In this document: positions 56,131-64,000 of the stretch, in pieces
Position numbering within the stretch: position 1 is the stretch's first letter
Layout of the letters: every line of letters begins with the position of its first letter
Origin: Macrostomum lignano
Lineage: Eukaryota
Length of the DNA: 64,000 nt
Direction of reading: 5' to 3'
NCBI GenBank assembly: GCA_002269645.1
Contig: NIVC01000211.1
Coordinates: 310,001-374,000, forward strand
The notes under the pieces: generated by a model
The model's database searches: none
What the model was told of the DNA's origin: nothing
Seen by the model: the letters and a program-made list of their open reading frames with translations, nothing else
Made by a program: the position numbers and the translations under genes

Positions 56131-57559
56131 TTTTAGAGAAAAATTAGATTTTTTTCAATGGGTAAGGACCCTGCGCTGATGATTTAAAGTTTTAGGGATC
56201 TGGTTTCGCGTTGCAAATTGAATGTGGGAAGAAGAATGCAGATTATTTTCTTATTGTTTCGAAAATGCTATGGGTGGATGTCAGTGGATTATGTCAGTGT
56301 CAGTGAGCATAACAGGTATCAGTGGACACCTGCTCTGATTCTGTCAGGGATAATATGGATGGATTTAATGGGATTATGTTCGAAGTTTTCGGAGCAAGTG
56401 CGGCCCCTCCCCTTTTTCATGATTCTGTCAGGGATAATATGGATGGATTTAGGTGGATTATGGAGGACGTTTTGTGAGCGAGTGCGACCCCCCTTTTTTC
56501 TGATTCTGTCGGGGATAATATGGATGGATTTAATGGGATTATGGAGGACGTTTTCGGAGCAAGTGCGACCCCCCTTTTTTCTAATTCTGTCAGGGATAAT
56601 ATGGATGGATTTAGGTGGATTATGGAGGACGTGAAAAATTTTGTCCCAAAAGCCCCTCATGCATTCTACTATAGACCAATCAAGATCCAAATATTTTGTC
56701 TGTAAAAACATCGAAGATTAGATTTGTTTACTTTCAAGGCCTATTTAGTCTTTGTTTCAAATTCTCCATTTGAAGAATTTGCTTCATTCCATGTGCTTCA
56801 ATATTTGTGAGCCAAAACGATATCTAAATTTTTATTTTTTTGGTCAATTGCAACGGCTGTCATCGCTTTAAGGCCTATAACACCCAGTGCCAGAACGTGT
56901 GATGGATTAATCCAGAAATTAGTAGTGGCTACAAGCCAACATATTTAGACTTGACCGGCGATGATACCCCGACTTCTTCGACCTCCTACACTCCTACATG
57001 GGCATAACTCATAACTAACTAAATCTGTCATGGTTTGATAATTATGCAATTAGAAGCAAGCGTATTTCTTTAAACTTTAGTCAAGATTACTACCAGTACT
57101 TCTTAAGTGTTATAATTATGTGCATAAATTTTTTCTAGTTTTTAATAATAAGTTATTTTGTTTAATTAGACTCCGCTTCCAAGAAATTCGACACATACGA
57201 TTTTAAACATGCAACTTATGTAATACAACTTATTACAGTCTTTTCTGTAAGCATGTGGCAGCAGTCTTTGACTTTGATCAAGCAGTCTATGTGCTGTGAC
57301 CGTAGGATGCACTGGTTGTGCAGGAAACTCATTTTACGTATAGTATTCGCAGATGGCTAATCGTAGCCAGGCAATTAAAGCTTTTTTTATTTGAAACCGA
57401 TGGGAGGCTAGTATTACAGCAAGCGGACTTTAATAACGTGGGATTTAGGACATATAATACAACAGAATGCATAGAATGCTTGGGCTTGAAAACACACTAA
57501 CACTATGCAAGATTCAAACGTTTCAGACTAATTAGAATCTTTTCCGTCTGCATGTATCT

Positions 57560-57680
57560 AATAATAATAATAGTAATAAAAATAATGATAATAATAATAA
57601 TAATAATAATAAAAACAATAATAATAATCATCATCATAACCATAATCATAATCACAATCATAATCATAATAACAATAATA
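57560..57680. repeat. (AAT)n/(CAT)n low-complexity microsatellite
   Basis: Read directly. Confidence 0.9.
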
Positions 57681-58726
57681 CTATTTCCTTAAACTATTAT
57701 GATTATGATTATGGTAACTATTTCTTTAGCAAATCGTTCAGGCCTGACAGGCGTAGTCACTTGAATACGTACTACTACTAGAACCGTGCTATATAGTCTC
57801 CGGTAAATACTCGTAAATGAGCCGGAGTCGTTACAAAATTACGCTCGTATTTAAGTTGCGATGCAAACGAAATCAATTAGCATTTTCATATTAGGGAACG
57901 AAATAAGATAGCATAATCATATAATAACAATATCTCTTCATGCAGACTTAAACTACTTTATTTCTGGTATACTTGTAGCTCAAGCGCAGATTTTATTCGA
58001 CTCGAATCAAGATCGATATATTGTCGTACAAAAATGAAATATCATATGCTAGCTGATGCGACATAGATGCTTCTTACTGTATAATCTCCTGCCAAAGCTC
58101 TTAACCTTAGCTAACCTACATGTAGTTCTGTGAATCTTCAAACCTCCCATTGCGTGCTGATGTTGCAAGCCTGTCAGAACCGGGATCCGTAAAAACGTTG
58201 CTGATACGTCAGCCAGTCAGTTATTGACACTAAAAAATTTAAAGAAAAATCATATTGCTGGACTATTACGTTTTGCGTCCTTCAAATTTAGTTGCGCCTG
58301 CGGCGAACAAGCAATATGGATGGATTATTGGGGTGGGGTTTGAATTAGAAGCAGCCACTCCTGCATCACGTCTTAAAATCTCAAAAATCATTTGCAAATC
58401 ATGAGAAGCCGTGTGTTTTCTCAATTTGTTTCTGTCAATTTTCTTCACCTTGTCAACTGACACGACTACTACAGCCTCGTCTAAGCTGTTAATACCAATC
58501 CTTATCTTTCAGAGCAATCGATTCTTGAGTTTGCGCGGTTTTCCTACGATATGACATCCTCACCTGAAGAGCAAATATGGCCTCATCTCGGGAAGCTACT
58601 GGCAACATGCTTCACGGAACTGATTCTTCTGGTTTATTAGCTTAAGGATATTTTCCCGATATTTAAAAAGCAGCCTGAAGAAGCCAGTTTCACCGGCAAT
58701 TTGAAATATTTTTAGCTCTTGCCAGC

Positions 58727-60245
58727 ATGCTAGCTTTGTTGAGCACATTTGGGCAATTATTGTGCCTCATTGCCATCGCCTCGGCGTCCATCGTGGGGCT
58801 CAACGACTACGACAGACTGGACGCCTGTCCGTCAGACGACCTACCCGCTGATGGAGTGGGGAAGCTGGAGCTTCATCAACTGCCTGAACGCAGCATCGCT
58901 GGCTGCGTGCTGAGTTGCCACACGACAGAGAGCTGTGCAGCTGCCAGCATGGTCGCTGAGCATCGCTGGTGTCTGCTGGCGACTGCCGAGGCCTTCCTCA
59001 CTGCATGGCTGTACGGACACGGCCAGTGCGACTCGTTTGTGAACAGGCGGAGGCTGGCAAAGTTCCAGCAGGGTGAGAAGTCATGAGTGACTGCAGCTGT
59101 GCCCATGCAGTGCGTGACTGCAGCTGTGCCCATGCAGTGTGTGACTGCAGCTGTGCCCATGCAGTGTGCGACTGCAGCTGTGCCCATGCAGTGTGTGACT
59201 GCAGCTGTGCCCATGCAGTGCGTGACTGCAGCTGTGCCTATGCAGTGCGTGACTGCAGCTGTGCCCATGCAGTGTGTGACTGCAGCTGTGCCCATGCAGT
59301 GAGTGACTGCAGCTGTGCCCATGCAGTGCGTGACTGCAGCTGTGCCCATGCAGTGTGTGACTGCAGCTGTGCCCATGCAGTGTGTGACTGCAGCTGTGCC
59401 CAGTTCACTCACTGGCGAGTTCATCCATGCATCGATGTGCTCATATCGTTACATCTTTATCGAATTGCAGCTCACACGACCGACCTGCCCAGCAGCATCG
59501 CGGTGAGCTCGCTGCGGATTCTGTACCACTTCCGTGTGGGCTCGTTCAACCTGGCGCCTGTGCACCGGAATCCGCACACTCCGGTGCTCATGTCGGCTGT
59601 GCTCAACCGGTCTGCGGGCGCGTTCGTGACGGGAGAGTCTGGCTCCTTCATCGATGTGAGCACGGCTGACGGAATCGAGGACCTGTTTGTGCCCGAGCCC
59701 AACGTGACCGTGTTCATCCGAGCCAAGTTCGACTTCAATGGAGAGTGAGTTAGATTTTTCAACTTGCAGGTAATAATATGTAATTTTTTTACATCTGAAA
59801 CATTGCATTTTCCTTTTTCAGCGAGAAATCCAATGCAGTTTTTTGCTTTTCAAGATGTGGAAAAATAGAAAATGGGATGGTAGCCAGTCTAAAGAACGAT
59901 GACAGCATTGTGTATCGATTTGTAGAGCACAGAAATATGAAACTTCTATGCTTTGCCGATTGTAAGGCGACTTCAAACGGAAGATTTGTCGGACTTGGCT
60001 TCACATTTAGAAAACATGGTTTGAGGCACTACTTCAACAGAAGCCTGGAGCACAAAACTGCTAAAGTATTGAACTCGACGCATGAGGGCAGGCGTGGTAA
60101 TTTCAGGTGCCTCAGTCTTGGCAACGAACGTCGTAATTCACTTCGCAACTTTAAAGGCTTCATCGAGTGCTTCGCTATTGCCCAAGGTCAGATGACGCTG
60201 AAGCAGCTGGATGCTCTTGATGACTGGTGCGCCGGAAAAAAATAG
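58727..60245 (+). CDS. Secreted PAN/Apple + LamG-like protein, copy C: join(58727..59072,59471..59744,59822..60245), 347 aa
   Basis: Same structure as copy B; intron 1 is expanded by the 27-bp minisatellite. Confidence 0.8.
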
Positions 60246-61460
60246 ACAACTGCAGATCTGAATACGAGCGTATTAACAAATTTTATCACTTGATGACTAA
60301 CTATCAATTCTTGATAAACAAGTTTAATATACTTTAGAGAACTAAAATTAACACTGATTTAAGTAAACAAAGAAGAAATGCTTTTTAAAGTAACAGCAAG
60401 TTAAGATCCTCAGACAAAAATTTTTACTTTTTTTGTAACCTTAAATAAGAACTGTGCGTGCGCGTGACGGTTTTGATACTATCATGTATTTAAAATGCTT
60501 TTAAGTTTTGAAATGTAAATCAAACTCAACAATATCCTTGTTTTAAACAAGTTTGACTAGCAGGTGTGACTGCCAACGTTCCCAGTTTGTGCAAATGATA
60601 CCCGTACTCTCACAGGTGCATGCTTCTTTTGGCCTTACAGCTTCTTGGGCACCACTATAATGGCGGCAAAATTTGCTGTAGCTTAAGAAATCTTAATTAT
60701 AGTCTCATTGATTGAGGGTGAAAATGGTAGCCTATGCACGATCATTTCCTGTAAAGAAGCAAGGTACTGATTGCAACAGTTGTGGCCTACAGGTAATAAG
60801 CTGTCAATGTCTGTCACCACTTCTAACAAGATGCTCTGTTTGCCATTTGTCAATAGTAAATCTACATCCATGCATAAGAGAAATAAGAACAGCAAATTTA
60901 TACTGCTACAATTTCCATGCTTCAATCTCATGAGGAAACTGATCAGCTCGTACATGTATCAGGTTCGAACCATTAAGCAAAGGAAATTCAAGACAAAGCA
61001 TATATGCATAAATTAAAAAAAAATGCTATTGGCAAAAGCTGTGCGGTCTAGAGATAAATAAGAACTTGAAGATTTTAATTGGATCCTCGCTAATACATGT
61101 ACATGCGCAGGCAGAGTTTGAACAAGCGCGCTGTATATGCTTTTTATTTGAGGAACAGTCAAAATGAGTGGGTCCTGAAGATGAGGACGCTTTAATTAGA
61201 CAGGTGATATTTGAATAGCCAAATTGTTCTTCAATATTCTATGAAGAAAAATAGCAGCTATATATAAATCGCTTCTGGGAACAAACGCCGGATAGATTGG
61301 CATCGCTAATTAGTGGTGTCGCTAGTAGACTCGGATCGAGTTAATTTGAAGGCGGGTTGCGATGGTTTGAGACATTGCAACTTTTGCGTGGTTATGTGTA
61401 TACATGTAGAAGTAAAATGAATAAAGAGAGCTAATTACTATGAATATTAGCTATTAAGCT
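58790..61460 (+). repeat. Segmental duplication of ~37700-39740 (gene plus downstream flank)
   Basis: Non-coding sequence downstream of the stop is shared, from gcagatctgaatacgagcg through ctatgaatat...agctatta, with indels. Confidence 0.85.
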
Positions 61461-63766
61461 AAGACATTTAAAAGGAAGCTGAGAACCTCAGAGACGTCAG
61501 TATTTGCCTTTTGACCTCTATAGCTAGTGAGCAACGCGCTGCAGGGTATGCTACTGCTTGTTTAGCGGTATCGAGCGAAGGCCAGGCAAGAAAACAGCGC
61601 TATATGCACACAGCTTTCCACCTTAACCTACTTCTAGCTGAAGCTGTTTTTATTTTGTTGTTTCGGAAATCATGTACATCTGACATGTACACGCTCGATA
61701 GACTGTCCAAAAATTCTAAAATAAAAAAATGGCATTTAATTAAGTTTCATAATTTTACGGAGTCACTCGGTCAAAAAGTGTACTGCAGTCGCCAGTCGGC
61801 CTCAAACACCTTCATGATGCTAAAACTGATCGATCATCACCTGTATTTACATGTACTAATTTACAAATGCAGTACCAAAATTAGGGCGTCGTCCCCATTT
61901 TTTTGGTGCGAGATAAAGTCAAGATTTCACGTGAATAAATTCTTACATTATTTTGAGAATCGGTGTTGTTATTACCGCTCATTTATTTTGACGCTGCAAG
62001 TACTCATTTTAGCAATTTAACGCTGCAAGCAATCATTTGACGCTGCGATCGACTCATTTTGACGCCCTGAAGCAAAACTACTGGTTTCCTCAACAGGTCA
62101 AAAAGGTGGGATGGGGTGGGGGACAACGTAATGGCATTTCCCACCCCATAGCTTTGTCCTCCCAGTTCTCCCGCGGTGGGCGACGCCCTGCAGTAGTACA
62201 GTAAAAAAATTATTATCCTAATTTTTCTTACGTACGTTAAGTGGAAAATACATTTAAACTCACAACAAACTAAAAAACGGTGCTATACGTGACTCTATGG
62301 CACCGTACGTATGGCACCGTACGAGATTTTCTCAGATAAAGAGTTGTTGCCCGAACTCCAATCCTTTCACCATACTTGTAATTTATGCTACAATTGACGA
62401 TCATGGTCTCCGAGCAATAAAAGTTTAGTATACCAACAAGAAAAAGTATATATTTTGATCAAGACACGTTTTTCAATTTGATTCAAGCTATTTTAAATAT
62501 TTCTTGTGAGCTATATTTTCTGTCAAACACACAGAATGAAAATCGCCCAGAGTTTTCAGCACTCATTTGCAAAAATGAGGGCATGAATTTAACGGCCTTT
62601 CGTGACTCGTTTGATATGCGGTCACCCAAATTGTTTACAGTCAGCATCTTTAAATTCTATTTTATGGACGAATTTATTGTCCGAGAATTTAGTTTAAGTT
62701 TAGCTTTTGCTTTTTTCTTCATTTCTATTTTGATTTGTCTGGTCAGACGAGCAAGAAAAATTATAATTATTTTTAAATAAAACTTACTAAGAGGCTGGTT
62801 TTAGTTTTCAAGCAGCTTCTAGTTTTTAATGTCCTCTTTGTCGTCTTTGATAAAATTAAATTATAAATTAAGCCTAGTAAACATTTGGTTTACAGCTATC
62901 TCTTTTGTGAGTTTTAATTTTTGTATAGGACTCAAGTCATCACATGAAATTATATGTCACATTGCCACATAACTATTTCCATTTTCTGTTTTATAGTCAT
63001 AAATAACTATTATTTAATTTACTTATTTTATTTGAATTTTACCTGTCTATTACCTAGCTTATTGCTAATTGCTTGGGTTAGGTGTTCTTTTCTCAACAGA
63101 TCCAACAAGAACTAGCTACACTTATTAAGGGCGATCTTCCAAAAATGTTTGTACCCTTTTGTAAATTCAAAAAGGATTTTTCAAAAAATATGAAAGCAAA
63201 GTTTGAATATTCTTTTGCCTTAGCGGCTTAGGCTAGATTAAAATTAGATTTTCTTAAAAGTAATATTTGTTTTAATGCAACATACAGAGTAAGGGGTTAG
63301 AGAAAAGTGAAGCAAATTGAAAAAAAAACATATTTATAGGTAGAGTGGAGGTGGGAAAAATATATAAAGTAAGTAAATAAATGATATACAATTAAAAAGG
63401 TTATTTATTTAAACAAAATACTATCATTAACTCTAATCTCACTATTATAATAATGTATATATTTTGATTAAGACACTCTTTAAAATTATATCTAAAAATG
63501 TCTTGTTCTATCAACCATTTATTAGTTATTATATTGTTTTCTCTTGGTGATTTCCTACTCTATTCTAAAATGACTGCACTTTTTAAACAGTTTTCTATAT
63601 TAAAATATTTTTATGCTACAGTGATTTTATATTAATTTAAGTATAGTTAAACAAATGATATTTAGTCTATATAAATTCAAAATGCTACTTTATTAATATT
63701 TTATTTATAAAGTGCCATTTCTACAATTGCATTAAATATTGTTGATATTTTGCATGAACTAGTAAA

Positions 63767-64000
63767 ATGGCTGCAGTTGTAAAGCAGGGCCAGTTAAGCA
63801 AGTACACTGGTAAGATAACTTATTTCAGGTGTTAATAAATATTCAGATTGCATTTGAAAATGATTCTACCCAATTTTCTCCAATCCTCTAGGTAGCATGC
63901 TTGGCAGCAGCTGGAAGCAGGTATTCGTTGTACTTCGCTCTGACAGCAGTCTCTCCTGGTTTGACAAGCAAAACCAATCTACTCCAAACCGAACTGTCGT
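63767..64000 (+). CDS. 5' end of a PH-domain protein: join(63767..63809,63892..>64000)
   Basis: The spliced frame reads MAAVVKQGQLSKYTG|SMLGSSWKQVFVVLRSDSSLSWFD, fitting the PH pattern K.G.L.K...WK..FVL...L.YF. Intron 63810-63891 is GT-AG. Confidence 0.75.

Larger units (their letters stand above)
40291..56670. mobile_element. Full-length Polinton/Maverick, 16,380 bp
   Basis: TIRs at 40291-~41072 and 55891-56670, ends AGTAGA...TCTACT, TSD ATAGAC at 40285-40290 and 56671-56676. Complete core gene set. Confidence 0.97.

Noticed and set aside
37700-61460. Duplication of PAN-LamG copies B and C caused by the Polinton insertion
   Set aside because: The Polinton has its own clean 6-bp TSD and the duplicate edges lie 0.5-2 kb from its ends; the duplication looks independent.
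61883-62190. Possible MITE with AGGGCGTCG inverted ends
   Set aside because: Only ~12 bp of imperfect complementarity and no TSD.

Overview
Repeat-rich animal genomic DNA, with GT-AG introns, minisatellites and a tRNA-derived SINE. The host looks like an invertebrate; the species cannot be determined from the sequence. Three large mobile elements dominate. (1) A Ty3/Gypsy LTR retrotransposon at 10038-14745 (minus strand; 216-bp LTRs, 4-bp TSD CTGT) inserted in a 30-bp minisatellite. (2) An unusual 9.7-kb element at 17448-27152 with ~890-bp terminal inverted repeats (TIRs), a 6-bp TSD (CATGGA) and ACTACT...AGTAGT ends. It encodes a protein-primed DNA polymerase B (pPolB) split by five spliceosomal introns, three of them in the catalytic motifs. 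It also encodes a tandem PC4-like protein and an acidic spliced ORF, but no recognisable integrase, capsid, ATPase or maturation protease. (3) A full-length 16.4-kb Polinton/Maverick at 40291-56670 (AGTAGA...TCTACT ends, TSD ATAGAC). It carries pPolB, integrase, packaging ATPase, adenain-like protease, major and minor capsid, PLA2, a pX-like protein, and an RNase T2-like ORF in both TIRs. Host genes are a fibrinogen-related secreted protein, a PAN/Apple + LamG-like family (three complete copies and one fragment), a cadherin-like repeat protein, and the start of a PH-domain gene. All assignments come from reading motifs by eye; no searches were run.
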